This document shows, piece after piece, positions 47,691-63,607 of a stretch of 64,000 nucleotides of DNA. Under the pieces are notes generated by a model that was not told the origin of the DNA, ran no database searches, and worked only from the letters and a program-made list of their open reading frames with translations. The stretch lies in NCBI RefSeq assembly GCF_009914755.1, contig NC_060931.1. The stretch is one strand, 5' to 3'. This DNA comes from the human T2T-CHM13v2.0 reference genome, Homo sapiens. The stretch's first letter is position 1; each line of letters opens with the position of its first letter. The position numbers were made by a program, and so were the translations under genes.

Positions 47691-48143
47691 CTTCCCTTCC
47701 TTGATCAGGTGTTTGCACTGCAAGAAGTACCAGTACGGGGTGTTTCTCCGGCCTCGCCATAATTTGGGCTCCGGTTCCATTTGCTCATCTCTCCGTTCCC
47801 CAAACCGCAGGTTATGGAACTGGGCTGCGGATTTGCGGAATAGTCTCCGGGAGGAGTATTTGTCAGAGAGGGTCCCAAAACTCTCCTCCTCCTCCTCGTC
47901 TTCTTCCTGCGTGGCCGTGGAGTTGGAGTGGCTCGGGTCAGAGCCCAGGCTGCCCGTGTTTTCCTGACGCTCCTGGCCGAGGGGCAGCTGAGAGGAGGAG
48001 CTGCTGAAGGGCGCCCACATTGGCCGCATCAGCCCCTCCCTGCCTCCTGCCCACCTGGCTCTACAGGGGTCCAGGTGTTGCAGGATGAACAGTCCCATGG
48101 GGCGGGCCCTGGCGAACAGTCGAGCGAGTCTCACGAAGTCCAT
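47691..48143 (-). CDS. PTCD1: PTCD1 first coding exon (mitochondrial PPR protein, presequence-like N-terminus)
   Basis: acceptor at 48169; [17 protein letters not shown]...LIKEGK|gtaagg. Confidence 0.97.
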
Positions 48144-48433
48144 TTCTGGCTTTCCTGTCCCTCCAGGGCCTGGAATATATCAGGAAAAATAAGAGAGTCA
48201 ACTCAGTTCCTAGTAACAAAAGGCAGAAAGAAAGAAGTGGTTACAAGTATGGGCCCAGGCCAGGCGCGGTGGCTCATGCCTGTAATCCCAGCACTTTGGG
48301 AGGTCGAGGCTGGCATATCACTTGAGGTCAGGAGTTTGAGACCAGCCTGGACAACATGGTGAAACCCCGTCTCTATGAAAAATACAAAAATTAGCCAGGC
48401 TTGGTGCTGTGCGCCTGTAATCCCAGCTACTCA

Positions 48434-48634
<201 letters not shown>

Positions 48635-48642
48635 TCAGTTCA

Positions 48643-48907
<265 letters not shown>

Positions 48908-49229
48908 TCAGACATAGCTCACTGCAGCCCCACCCTCCTGTGCTCAAGCGATCCTCCCATTTCAGCCTCCCGAGTAGCTGGAACTACAGGTGTGAGCCAC
49001 TATGCCTGGCTAATTTTATTTTTTGGTAGAGACAGGGTCTTGCTATGTGCCCAGGCTGGTCTTGAACTCCTGGACTCAAGCAATCCTCTCGCCTCGACCT
49101 CCCAAAGCACTGGGATTACAGCAATGAGCCACCATGCCCAGCCTAAAGTATTTTAGAGTCTGGTTATATTAGAAGGTTGCGATTGGAAAAGTCTTACAAG
49201 TGATGGCAGATTGAACAGATTAAAAACTA

Positions 49230-49685
<456 letters not shown>

Positions 49686-51592
49686 CTAGTGCAGGGGGCC
49701 TTTATCATTCTGCATCTGGCAAGCCCTGCCACTCCTTCTTACAAGCATGGTGTTTATGTAATTTTCTTTTTTGTGGAATGGGGTCTTCATGTTGCCCAGG
49801 CTGGAGTGCGATGGCACAGTGGAGTGCAAATGCACAATCACTGCAACCTCCAACTCCTGGGCTCAAGTGATCCTCCTACCTCAGCCTCTCAATTAACTAG
49901 CACTACTGGTGCACACCACCATACCTGTCTAATTTTTTGTATTTTTTTGTAGAGATGGAGTCTCCCTATGTTGCCAGGCTGGTCTAGAACTCCTGGCCTC
50001 AAGCAATCCTCCAGCCTTGGCCTCCCAAAGTGTTGGGATTGCAGGCGTAAGCCTCCATGCCCTGCCTTACGTGCATTAATTACAATACACAGAATTACAA
50101 AACAAAAAGCAATGATATTGAAATGGCATCAAAATGCTTTAAAAACAAATTTCTGCTATACTAGTATAGATGCTTATTTTCAATGCATGAAATAACAAGA
50201 CCCTATCATAATTTCTTTTCTTTTCTTTTTTTTTTTTTGAGACAGTCTCTCACTCTGTCCTCAGGCGTGACCTCGGCTCACTGCAATTTCCGCCTCCCGG
50301 ATTCAAGCGATTCTCCTGCCTCAGCCTCCCCTGGAGCTGGGACTACAGACGCATGCCACCAAGCCCAGCTAATTTTTGTATTTTTAGTAGAGACAGGGTT
50401 TCACCATGTTGGCCAGGATGGTCTGGATCTTTTGACCTTGTGATCCGCCCGCCTCGGCCTCCCGAAGTGCTGGGATTACAGCCGTGAGCCACCGCGCCCG
50501 GCCGACTCTATCATAATTTCAAAGCAGTAATAAATGTAAGTGACAGCTTAAGATACCACCTTGTAGTTGCTGCACAAACTGGGTTTTTTTGCGTCTCACT
50601 CTGTCACCAGGCTGGAGTGGGGTGGTACAATCTCGGCTCAATGCAACCTCTGCCTCCCGGGTTTAAGCCATGCTCATGCCTCAGCCTCCCAAGTAGCTGG
50701 GATTACAGGAACGCGCCACTACTCCAGGCCAATTTTTATATTTTCAGTAGGGACGGGGTTTTGCCATCCTGTCCAGGCTGGTCTCGAACTCCTGACCTCA
50801 CGTGATCCTCTCGCCTCAGACTCCCAAAGTGCTGAGGTTACAGGTGTGAGCCACCATGCCTGGCCCTGCACAAACTGTTATCTGGAACTATCATTTACAC
50901 TCACCCTCACAGTTTCAGGCACTGCTAAGGCTGCTCCAGCAATCAGGAAAGGAAATGCTATACTTCACATAGAGAAAAATAGGGGTGCATTTTGTTCCTA
51001 CACAAGCTCATTACCCCACCCTGGTTAAAAAAAACCCTGAATTAGGCTGTATAGTGGCTCATGCCTGCAATTCCAGCACTTTGGGAGGCCCAGGCAGGAG
51101 GATCGCTTTGGGCTTGGGGCCAGGAGTTCGAGACCAGCCTGGGCAACATAGCAAGACCCGCCACCCGCCCCCCCAACCCCGCCGTCTCTACAAAAATTAA
51201 AAATAAAATTTTAAAAATTAGCCAAGTGTGGTGGTGCAGCGTCTGTAGTTCCAGCTACTCGGGAGGCTGAGGTGGGAGGATCGCTTGAGTCTGAGAAGTT
51301 GACTGCAGTGAGCTATGATCGTACCCCTGTACTCCAGCCTGGGCCACAGAGCGAGAAAAAACCCTGAATTAGAGACACGCTGCGGCCGTCCTTCCTCGGA
51401 GAGACCCGCCCCTCCTCAGAGGCCCACCCGGACCCTCAGGCCAACGCCGACCCCTCTCCACACGGACTTCTGCAGCCTCAGTTTCCCTCCTCAGACGCCC
51501 CCGGCTCCAATCCCGGCTCGGGCACTTCCTTCCCCTCTGGCGTGTCTTGGCCCGGGTCCCGGGGCTCCTGCGAGGATCACACAGGAACTCAC

Positions 51593-51700
51593 TTGAAGTG
51601 TCCGGCGCAGTGCACTCCGACGGGGAGCCCTGCCCGGTCCCCGCGGCGAACCAGTCTCTTCCTCGGGTCCCCCTCTCCCCAAGCGCGCAGGCGCAATCCG
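51593..51700 (-). other. PTCD1: PTCD1 non-coding exon 1 (5' end approximate)
   Basis: strong donor AA|gtgagt at 51593/51592 in the CpG island. Confidence 0.7.
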
Positions 51701-51854
51701 CGTCGCCGACTCACGCGGCTGGTTTCAGGTTTCTGGCGAGGCCGGTGTTCGGCTGGCGGCTAGCTGGGACTAGCGGAACGGCGGAGTCTCGATTGGCAGT
51801 GCCTGGACAGGCGCAAGGGCCGGCGCGGGCTCCGGGCGCTCCCGGCATCCCTCG

Positions 51855-51875
51855 GGCGGCGGCGGCGGCGGCGGC
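51855..51875 (+). repeat. (GGC)7 triplet in the CPSF4 5' leader
   Basis: direct read of the sequence. Confidence 0.9.
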
Positions 51876-51983
51876 GAGGCGAAGCGAAGGAGGAGTGTGT
51901 GCGGCGGGGCCGGCGGCGGGTAAAGGCGAGAAGGCTGCAGGAGACCGAGGGGGAGCCGGGCCGGTGGGGCCGCCGCCGCCGCC

Positions 51984-52086
51984 ATGCAGGAAATCATCGC
52001 CAGCGTGGACCACATCAAGTTTGACTTGGAGATCGCGGTGGAGCAGCAGCTGGGGGCGCAGCCGCTGCCCTTCCCCGGCATGGACA
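51984..52086 (+). CDS. CPSF4: CPSF4 (CPSF30) exon 1 CDS
   Basis: gccgccATG; MQEIIASVDHIKFDLEIAVEQQLGAQPLPFPGMD-A|gtgagc. Confidence 0.97.
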
Positions 52087-53559
52087 GTGAGCGCGGGGCC
52101 CGGGCGGGAGGGCAAGAGCGACTCGAACCCGGGACCCGCTCCTCTGTGATCCCGGGACTCCCTCGCCTCGGTCCTGAGACCTCCCCCGGCTTCCTCTGGA
52201 TCCTGGGACCCCTCCCCTTTGGTCGCAGGACTCCTCCCTCTAGGTCTTGAGAGTCCCTCCCACCTCCTCCGGGTCCTGGGATCCTCCCCTTTAGTTACCG
52301 AACTCCCTCATCTGTGGTCCCGAGACTCTTCCCACTCCATCCTGAGACCTCCTCTTCTGGATCCCGGGACGCTCCCCTTGGTTTCAGGACTCCTGACTCC
52401 CAGGCCCCCATTTCCACCGTCTGGGGACTCCTTTTACCCTCACTCGGACTCAGGAGTTCACTGCCTCGGATCTTTGGCCCTCTGCGGCTGTTCAAAGGTA
52501 ATCTGTAGGAGGGTAGACCTTGTCTGTTCGCTTAATTCTTGAATAAGGGTGGGTTATCCTGGATTGGAACTCTCCCTCAACACTCTCCCAACTGCAGGAG
52601 AGTACTAGGATATCACACCCGCTACGTTGAGCGTCTCTTCTTGATTTCATCAAAACTAGGCGGTTGGAGGAGATGTGCTGAGGGAAGGACCACCTTTCTG
52701 TAGGAGACCCCAGCTAGACTCTCAAACTCCCTTCTAGGACTCACTCTCCTGGGAGCTCATCCCTAGTTTTTGGCCCGTCCCTACTTTTTTCTGGACCCCA
52801 ACTCTGAGTTATTCATCACACCCAGCAGCTGGTGTGGACCCTTGGCCTGAACTCCCTTCACTGCTCCCCTTCATATGGTGGCTCCTGGCTTCCCACCTCC
52901 TACTCGGTGGGATATCTTGTACTTTAAAAGAAACCAGTAGTTTTCTTTGTGTCTTCTTTCCTATCTGGACATACTTGAAATCTAATGCTATAACCTTAAA
53001 GTTTGGGGGCTTGTGGAAGTCACTGAGTTCAATCCACAGATGGGGAAACTGAGACCCAAGCGGGGGAAGGGACTTGCTGACAATCACTCAGTGCATAGCA
53101 GAGGCGGGCAAGCTCTCCAGTGTTGTGTGCTGTCGCCCACAACTACCAGCGGGGTCTCCCACCGCTCCCAGCAGCCTCACTCCCCTCAGGCGGTCACACC
53201 TTCTCATGCACATGTGACCTCTGAGTCTGTCCCTTTATGTGTTTTTGTTGTTGTTGTTTGTTTGCTTTTGAGACAGGGGCCCCTCTGTCGCCCAGGCTGG
53301 GTGCAGTGACGCAATCATGGCTCAATGCAGCCTCGACTTCCCAGGCTCCAGCAATCCTCCCACCTCAGTCTCCCAAGTAGCTGGGACCACAGGCATGCAC
53401 CAACACGCCTGGCAAATTTTTTTGTGTGTATTTCTTGGTAGAGACACTATTTCATCATGTTTCCCAGGGTTGGTCTTGAACTCCTGGGCTCAAGTGATCC
53501 TTTTACCTCGGCCTTCGGAAGTACTGGGATTATAGGCATGAGCCACTGCACCTGGCATA

Positions 53560-53593
<34 letters not shown>

Positions 53594-53817
53594 CCTGCCT
53601 GTCCCACAACTTTACATGGTGATAGTTCTGTACAAGATAGTTTCATTGGAAATTAATTAAGTCTTCAAGAAGACAAGATAGTGCTTATAAGGAGACATCA
53701 TCAGACCACCCTATTTGACACAGGCACAAACACCATCACCACTGTACACTCCCTAAAAAGCAGCTGCTCAAATTCACACACACACACCCCCTCTTACCTA
53801 CCCCTCGACTCTTGTGA

Positions 53818-54069
<252 letters not shown>

Positions 54070-55228
54070 TGAACTCCTGACCTTAAATGATCCACCTGCC
54101 TCGGCCTCCCAAAGTGCTGGGATTACGGGCATAAGCCACTGTGCCCAGCCGGCCTTTTCCTGTCTTGATGGCACTAGCTTGAGACCATGGAACCACCCAC
54201 GCAGGGCAGCTCTTTTCCTCCCACCCTTCTGCCATCTGACACATCCACAAGCCTGTGAGGGGAGGTACAGTGGCGAGGGGCCCACATACCTGTTCCTGAG
54301 GCCCGGGACACACCTAGCCATGGGTGTTGCTCCAGCCAGGGCTTCAGAGTCGGTAGGCACCCTCCACACTCGCTGCTTGTCCATATCCTGTTCAGTTAAA
54401 GCCTAGTGAGGCCACAGCCCTTCCTCACCCATCCCTCCTCTTCATCCCCATCTGAGTTTTGGGAAGAACTGTCACTTTGCCCATAAGGCATACTCATCCT
54501 ATCCACATGAGACTCAGTTCCCAGAACTGTGTATTTCTGAGCAGAAGCAACTCTAACCTCTAAAGAGAGAGACCAGAAGTACTTTCAGAATTTTTTTTTT
54601 CTTTTTTTTTGAGACAGAGTCTTGCTCTGTTACCCAGGCTGGAGCACAGTGACGCGATCTTGGCTCACTGCAACCTCTGCCTCTGGGTTCAAGTGATTCT
54701 CCTGCCTCAGCCTCCCAGGTAGCTGGGATTACAGGCACGTGCCACCATGTCTGACTAATTTTTGCATTTTTAGTAGAGATGGGGTTTCACCATATTGGCC
54801 AGGCTGGTCTTGAACTCCTGATGTCAAGTGATCCACCCGCCTCAGCCTCCCAAAGTGCTAGGATTACAGACGTGAGTCACCGCACCTGGCCACTTTCAGA
54901 CTTTTTGAGATGCAAATGGAGTGACCTCCCTGTGACAGCCATAAGTTCTATAACCTCAGCTGTGTCCTAGCAAAATCTGCTTGCTTCCAAGAAGCCAAGG
55001 AATCTTTTGTGATTTAGCAAGGGGAGGCATGTTAAGTGGGCTTCAGAGATGCTGTCATTGGTTTTTCAGCAATTCTAAAATGGTTACTTGTAGAGGAAAC
55101 TGTTTCTGATGCCAAGGTCAGTTTAGTCTGGCAGCTGGGGCTGGTGAATTCCTGGACTCATCAGAACAGCTGGTCCCTGGAGCCCACTGAATTCCAGCAC
55201 ACTCCGACTGTGGGAATGAAAGGCTGTG

Positions 55229-56410
55229 CTTTTTTTTTCTTTTCTTTTCTTTTTTATTAACAAGCAACATAATCGGCCGGGCGTTGTGGCTCACACCTGT
55301 AATCCCAGCACTTTGGGAGGCCGAGGCGGGCGGATCACGAGGTCAGGAGATCGAGACCATCCTGGCTAACACGGTGAAACCCCGTCTCTACTAAAAATAC
55401 AAAAAATTAGCTGGGCAAGGTGGCGGGTGCCTGTAGTCCCAGCTACTCGGGAGGCTGAGGCAGGAGAATGGTGTGAACCCCGGTGGGGCAGAGCCTGCAG
55501 TGAGCCGAGATCACACCACTGCACTCCAGCCTGGGCAACAGCGAGACTCCGTCTCAAAAAAAAAAAAAAAAAAAACAAAAAACAAGCAATATAATCAAAA
55601 ACAAAAACACAACAACCTTAAAGCTGAAACAGCAATAAGTCAAACTGCCGCGGCAGTTCACAGTTTTACCTGGGGTACCTGCTCCCTCATTGCAAGGCAA
55701 GACTGCATTTAGTATATATGTGACCAAGAAGAATGAGAGAAGTGGAAAACACTGGAGAACAGAAAGTATCAAGAACCTTTCATCAGGCAATGCCAAAGCG
55801 CTCTGCTCTTTTCCTCTTCTTTGCCTCTGTATCCTCTGTGGTTCCAGTTCCAGCTGAACTTGTGACAATCCCAAATCGCTCCTTCCTCTTTTTCAGTTTC
55901 TTATCATCTTCAGACTTTCTGGAAATTGAAGAGACATTCAAACCAAATCTTTGAGCTCTTTCCTTCGGCTTATCCAAGTTAACCATAGGTGTGTTCAGAT
56001 GACAGACTTTTGTTGGAACTGAAGAAATCCCAAACCTAGCTGCCTGAGCAGCTTTCTTACTCTCCAAGCTCACAGGTACACTGAATTGTTCGGCCCTCTT
56101 CTGCATTCTCTCAGCCTGTGGTATTTCAGATGTAATTTTCACCACTTTCTTCTCTGCTGCCACATCAACAGTTTTTTTCAGGGGGTTCTTCCTATTTGAC
56201 AAGGGGTTTTTTTCTTCTTCTGTTTCATCTCCTAGTACATCTTCATTTGCCTCCTCTTCAGCATGTTCTTCAAGATATGCCTGGAGTCTGTGGATAAGAT
56301 CTTGCTTTATTCCCTTGGTCTCCAAACCACAAGAAGACATTCTTGCTTTAGTTTAGCAAGCTTCAGCTTATGGAGCTCCACCATCTCAGTTACCATCTTG
56401 TTACCCCTCC
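55229..56410 (-). pseudogene. SARNP (CIP29/Hcc-1) processed pseudogene in CPSF4 intron 1
   Basis: intronless; ATG at 56396, MVTEMVELHKLKLAKLKQECL then frameshift, GLETKGIKQDLIHRLQAYLEEH...KRAERFGIA* (55783); 3'UTR, AATAAA, poly(A) at 55229-55255; TSD ggctgtgct/gggtgtgct; Alu inserted in the 3'UTR. Confidence 0.93.
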
Positions 56411-56502
56411 GGGTGTGCTCTTTTAATAATTGTATGTGGGGTGGGGTGCGGTGGCTCAATCCTAGCACTTTGGGAAGCCAAGGCAGGCGGATCACGAGGT
56501 CA

Positions 56503-56709
<207 letters not shown>

Positions 56710-56887
56710 TCAGGAAGCTGAGGCAGGAGAATCTCTTGAACCAAGGAGGCAGAGGTTACGGTGAGCCAAGATCGCACCACCACACTCTAGCCTGGGCGAC
56801 AGAGCGAGACTCTGTCTCAAAAAAATAGAAAAAAAAAATTGTGTACGGATGTTGCATATTAAAAGCAGTCCTCTGTTTCTGCACTTA

Positions 56888-57337
<450 letters not shown>

Positions 57338-57688
57338 CTAGAGCGAAACCCCATCTCAAAAAAAAAAAAATTATTTCTGTGATCTCGTACTCCAGCCTTC
57401 CTTTCCCCACCCACTCTTAACTCCTTGAAAGGATCTTATATACAGGAGGCTCTCAAAGCACTGGGTAATGACTGTTCTCAATGTATGTGTCTCATTTTGT
57501 AGGGCGTGACTAACTTAAGCAGCTTCTTCCTTGCTTGGTTGGGCTTTGCAAATTTTTGCTACTTTATTTCCTGTACCCTGAACCCTTGGTGGGTCAGAGG
57601 TCAGAAGGGTTCCCTCCCACTGTCTTCAGACATTGTCAATAGCAAATTGCACCTCTTTGATTCCTCTCCTTTTCTCTCCTTTCTACAG

Positions 57689-57739
57689 AGTCGGGCGCTG
57701 CTGTCTGTGAATTCTTTTTGAAAGCTGCCTGCGGCAAAG
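57689..57739 (+). CDS. CPSF4: CPSF4 exon 2
   Basis: ctacag|(K)SGAAVCEFFLKAACGK-G|gtaaga. Confidence 0.96.
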
Positions 57740-58326
57740 GTAAGAAACTCCGGGCTCCCTGATGTGCCTCCGGAGGCGCCCTCCCACCTCCTTCTCCCCG
57801 GCAGACTTGGAGGCCGCCAGGTCTCTGGCTTACATTGCTTTCTACAGACTAACGATCTCTGTAGATAAAACTGGTTTGGACAGGCTAGGACCCTGATGGG
57901 GTGTTCCACCTGAAACCTAAACGCAGGACTGAACCTGGCTCTAAGGCTGCCTTATCACTTCGCATTCCCCGTGGCCACAAGCTGACCTGTGACATGGAGA
58001 GAAGCCCCCAGCATTGAGACACTCAGGAACTTTCTCAATGTCACAGAGTTAATAAGCGGCAGAGCCCAGTGTCTGAACCCAGGTCTTTCTCATTCCATAG
58101 TTTCCACTGGCTCATGGTTTTCTGTGGCCTCCCATCGAAACACCCCATGATAACCCATCTTGCGGGGTCTTGTTCTCGATAACCAGCCCTCAACACAGAC
58201 TACACAAAACTACTGAGGTGCGAGAATCCCTTGAACCAGGGAGTCAGAGGTTGCAGTGAGCCGAGATCGTGCCATTGCACTCCAGCCTGGCAACAGAGCA
58301 AGACTCTATCTCAAAAAAAAAAAAAA

Positions 58327-58477
58327 TCTTGCTTTATTTGCTCGTCTCCAAACCACGAGCAAGACATTCATTCTTACTTTAGTTCAGCAAGCTTCAGCTT
58401 ATGGAGCTCCACTGTCTTGGTCGCCATCTTGTTACCCCTCTGGCTGTGCTCTTTTAATAATTGTATGTGGGCCGGGC
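58327..58477 (-). pseudogene. Second partial copy of the SARNP pseudogene 5' end plus flank
   Basis: MATKTVELHKLKLAELK* from 58427; shares flank ctcttttaataattgtatgtggg with 56418-56440. Confidence 0.88.
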
Positions 58478-58506
58478 TAATCCATCAGAAGTATCACTAG
58501 GGGTCA

Positions 58507-58878
<372 letters not shown>

Positions 58879-59177
58879 TTATTTAGGAGACTTAAATATT
58901 AATCAGAAGCTTGAAAAAGAGAGCAGAGAATCAGAGCAAAGGGCTGGTTTTAATGAATGGTTTTGGTGAGTTTTGCTTCTATAACGTAGTCATTTACCAC
59001 TGAGGTAGGAGACTTTCTGGCAGATCAGCCAGGCCACCTTCACACTGTCCAGTCAGAACGTCATTACCTCCACTGAGTTTCTGGTCTCATTCCCATGTCT
59101 TTGCTCAGTAATTCTGCCCTTCTGACCAGCCACCTTCTGTTAGCACAGCCATCCCTAACACAGGGCATTCTGTCTCT

Positions 59178-59330
59178 CTGTTGACTAATACAGTAGCCAC
59201 TAGTCACATGTGGCAGTTCAAATTTAAGTAAAATCAAATCACATTTAAAACAAAATTCTCAGACACACTAGTCATATTTCAAGTGCTCAGTAGTCACATG
59301 GGGCTAGCAGCTGCCATATTGGACAGCAGA
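59178..59330. mobile_element. MER3-type hAT-Charlie DNA transposon relic
   Basis: agtagccactagtcacatgtggc ... atttcaagtgctcagtagtcacatg..gctagcagctgccatattggacagc, internally palindromic. Confidence 0.75.
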
Positions 59331-59612
59331 AGTGTACAGCGGCCTCATTCTGGTCGGACCTCCATGGTGGTCTTGCCAGGCCACCCGTTAGAAGTCTCAC
59401 ACATCCCCAGAGGCTGGCTCTGTCCCATCAGGTCCTGTCCCAGAAGGGACACGTCCCTCCATGTGTATACATCACATTTCCTCAATTCTGAAATTGGTCT
59501 TTCCTTTTTTTTTTTTTTTAAAAAAGAGGCAGCATCTTACTCTGTCACCCAGGCTGGAGTGCAGTGGCACAGTCATAGCTGACTGCAAGCTTGACCTCCT
59601 GGGCCCAAGTGA

Positions 59613-59875
<263 letters not shown>

Positions 59876-60138
59876 TAGTAGAGACAGGGTTTCATTATGT
59901 TGGCCAGGCTGGTCTCGAACTCCTGACCTCAGGTGATGCACCTGCCTTGGCCTCCCAAACTACTGCGATTGCAGGTGTGAGCCACTGTGCCTGGTCCCCA
60001 AGCTTGCTTGGCTGGCTTACTTACTTACTTACTTATTTATTTATGTAGTGAAGACAAGATCTCAGGCTGATCTCGAACTTCTTGGCTCAAGTGATTCTCC
60101 TGTCTTGGCCTTCCAAAGTGCTAGGATCATAGATTTGA

Positions 60139-60697
<559 letters not shown>

Positions 60698-61026
60698 TGA
60701 CAGCCAGGATGGTCTCCGTGCCAGCCAGGATGGTCTCGATCTCCTGACCTTGTGATCCGCCCACCTCGGCCTTCCAAAGTGCTGGGATTACCAGCGTGAT
60801 CCACTGCGCCCGGCCATGAGTAACTATTAAAATGTAAAATGTCTGTCAGTGTAGTACCTCAAATCATGTTGCCTTCTGTGAGGGGGACCTCTGCCCCTTT
60901 CCAGGACGTGATGCCTTCAGGTGGCTCCAGGAGTTAGGAAGTGAAGGTACCTCAGCTTCTTCAGGCCGTGTCCCCCAGGCTCAGGGTGGCCTCTCTGCTG
61001 ACACCCTGTCCCTATCTTGCCGGCAG

Positions 61027-61179
61027 GGGGCATGTGTCCGTTTCGCCACATCAGTGGTGAGAAGACAGTTGTGTGCAAACACTGGCTGCGTGGCCTATGC
61101 AAGAAAGGGGACCAGTGTGAGTTCCTGCATGAGTATGACATGACCAAGATGCCCGAGTGCTACTTCTACTCCAAGTTCG
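61027..61179 (+). CDS. CPSF4: CPSF4 exon 3 (CCCH zinc fingers)
   Basis: GMCPFRHISGEKTVVCKHWLRGLCKKGDQCEFLHEYDMTKMPECYFYSKF|gtaagg. Confidence 0.97.
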
Positions 61180-63181
61180 GTAAGGCGCCTGGAGCCCTGG
61201 AGGCTCTGCTGAGAACCAGGGTGCAGAGGGGTCCGCTGGCTGCTCAGTGCCCACACTGTCTCTGCCTGCTTTTCCCATCTTTCTATTCTCAGAGGAGAAC
61301 TCTGGCAGAACCTGCCAGCCTCAGCCAGCTTTTAGGGGACAGTGTGGCTATTTTCTGCTCATCTCTTTTTTTTTTTTTTTTTTTTTAAAGACATAGGGTC
61401 TCGCTATGTTTCACATACTGGTCTTGAACTCCTGGGCTCGAGTGATCTGCCTGCCTCAGCCTCCCAAAGTGCTGGGATTACAGGCGTGAGCCACCACGCC
61501 TGGCCCCGCGCATCACTTTGGAGTGCTTCAGTGTTTGGAGCTCTTTCAATCACTCGGATTTGAGGCTAACGAGGGTGACCCGGAAGCAGCGAGTTGTGCA
61601 GCTGGCTGCATTATGTCCGTGGTTGGTTTCTGTCCACGTCCACCTTCTCCCTGAAACCCACTTCTCCCTCCAGCGTGGGCATTGCCTCTCAGGCCCGAGC
61701 TGGTTCCTTCTCTCCAGGAGCCATGATCCTGGTGACATCTCAGCCATCCTAAATAGCCCTTCAAAATAACAGCCTCAGATGTGTCTTCTGGTAGCAACAA
61801 ACTTGCCTTGAGCCCTGCTTAGAGAATGCGTGGCCTCAGCTGTCCTGAGTGGCCTGCGTGGAGAAGCGGGAGCCCGGGTGGAGTCAGTGGGGCTGGCACG
61901 GAGTCTGGCAGAGATGTGCTCCCTGCTGGAAGGAGTCCCCAGGGTCCCCGCTCAGGTCTGCACTTCCAGGTTTCCCGGGAAGCAGCTCTGTGGGTCAGCG
62001 TGAGGCTGGCTCTGGTCCTGTGCAGGGAGCCCGGCAGGAGGCTGGAATCCTGCAGGGAGCCAGGGAGTGCAGGGTATGCTTCATGCTTTCAAAGCACTGC
62101 TGTTGGAGGAGACATTAATTATTTCAGCATCCCATCAGGCGTGGCCTGCTGGCTTATCAATGAGAGCTGTGGCTTGTTTTGTGGAGGTGGCATAAGCTGA
62201 GAAGAAATAGGACCCAAGCTTCCCAGCTCCCCAAGTGCTGTCCCTGTCATTGTGCAATGTAGCATGTTCCCCCCGATGCCTTGCCCATAGCAGCACTGGG
62301 GCAGCACTGGGATGGGGCAGTGGCCTCCCATCTGTCCCCAGAGGCAGCAGCTGGCTCTCCTGGGCAGGCTCTTAAGGCACCGCTATACAAGTGGCCTGAG
62401 GGTCGCTCCTTCCTTGCTGACAGCCCTGGTGCAGGACGCACTGTCTGCAGCTTCTGTCACCTGCACCACAGACATTGGGTTGAGGGCCCCCTTTCCAGGC
62501 ACTGGAGGGACAATGGTGAAGAGGTCCTTGCCCTGTGAAGCCTTCACTCTTGTGGTCCAGGGAAAGAGGTAGCTGATAGGCCATGAGACGAACAGAGAAG
62601 AAATTGCTTGTGACAAGTGCTTTGAAGGAAGGAAACCGTGACCAGAACCTTCTCTAGGCTGAGTGGTCAAGGATGAGGGGATTCCTGAGCTGGAAGCGGA
62701 AGACTAAGAAGGGGCTGGTCCTGGTACAGGGGGACCCATGTGGCTGGGGGGTGGCAGAGGCTGAGCCTGCGGAGGGGCCTGGGGAAGGAGTTTGCATTTC
62801 CTCTGGATTTTGAGCACAGTTGTAAACATGGATTGGAGAAGGTGAGCCTGGAAGCGGGCAACTACTCAGGAAGGCGGTTCTTGGTGCTGGTGGTCCCTGG
62901 GGTCCGCTGCTTTGGAGAGGGCCAGGTCCACAAGTGCTTCCCCTACCCTTGTCCCAGCTCTTAGATGTGAAGAGCCAATCAGAATGGAACTTCCTGGTCT
63001 CAATGGGTGCATTTCCATCACAGCTCCGCTGCACAGGAAGCTGGGGCTCAGAAACACTCTTCCCTGGCTCTCAGGGCTCGTCAGGCCAAAACTGGACACC
63101 AGAACCTCTTTTCCTTGGATGAAGCCAAGGTGGGCCTGGCCCCGGCCTTCCCAGTGGTCTCACGTCTGAGTTTCCCTGCAG

Positions 63182-63277
63182 GGGAGTGCAGCAACAAGGA
63201 ATGTCCCTTCCTGCACATCGACCCCGAGTCCAAGATCAAGGACTGTCCTTGGTATGACCGTGGCTTCTGCAAGCACG
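63182..63277 (+). CDS. CPSF4: CPSF4 exon 4
   Basis: GECSNKECPFLHIDPESKIKDCPWYDRGFCKH|gtaggt. Confidence 0.97.
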
Positions 63278-63607
63278 GTAGGTGCCAGGGTGGGCTGGGC
63301 CCCGGGCAAGAAGCCAGTCCTCCCTTCTCTGCCCACGACCCTGGAGGCTGCCAGCTGGTCTACCTGTCCCAGCAAAACCTGACATTCTGCAGCTAGCGGC
63401 TTTCTCACACTCCTCATCTCCCTTGCCTCTCCCAAGAATGCTGGGTGGGTGGTGGTCCACCCGCTTTTTTGATAAGGAGGCCAGTGTTGGGAGGTGAGGT
63501 CCCTGCCCCGTCTCCCATGAATGGGGGACAGCCAGCATTTGAAACCATGCTCCAGCTCTCTAACTGGTAGAGGGGACATCTAAGTGACCGGACACTTGGC
63601 TCTGCAG

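Larger units (their letters stand above)
51370..52250. promoter_or_regulatory. Bidirectional CpG-island promoter PTCD1/CPSF4
   Basis: dense CpG; inverted CCAAT (ATTGG) at about 51792; divergent first exons. Confidence 0.88.

Noticed and set aside
51547-52149. Long GC-rich ORFs across CpG islands (also 21192-21835 and 5601-6129)
   Set aside because: Stop-codon depletion is expected in GC-rich DNA, and there is no recognisable protein beyond the annotated exons
55783-56340. 185-aa SARNP-like ORF as a functional retrogene
   Set aside because: The true ATG is in another frame; a frameshift splits the SAP domain and further indels scramble internal segments
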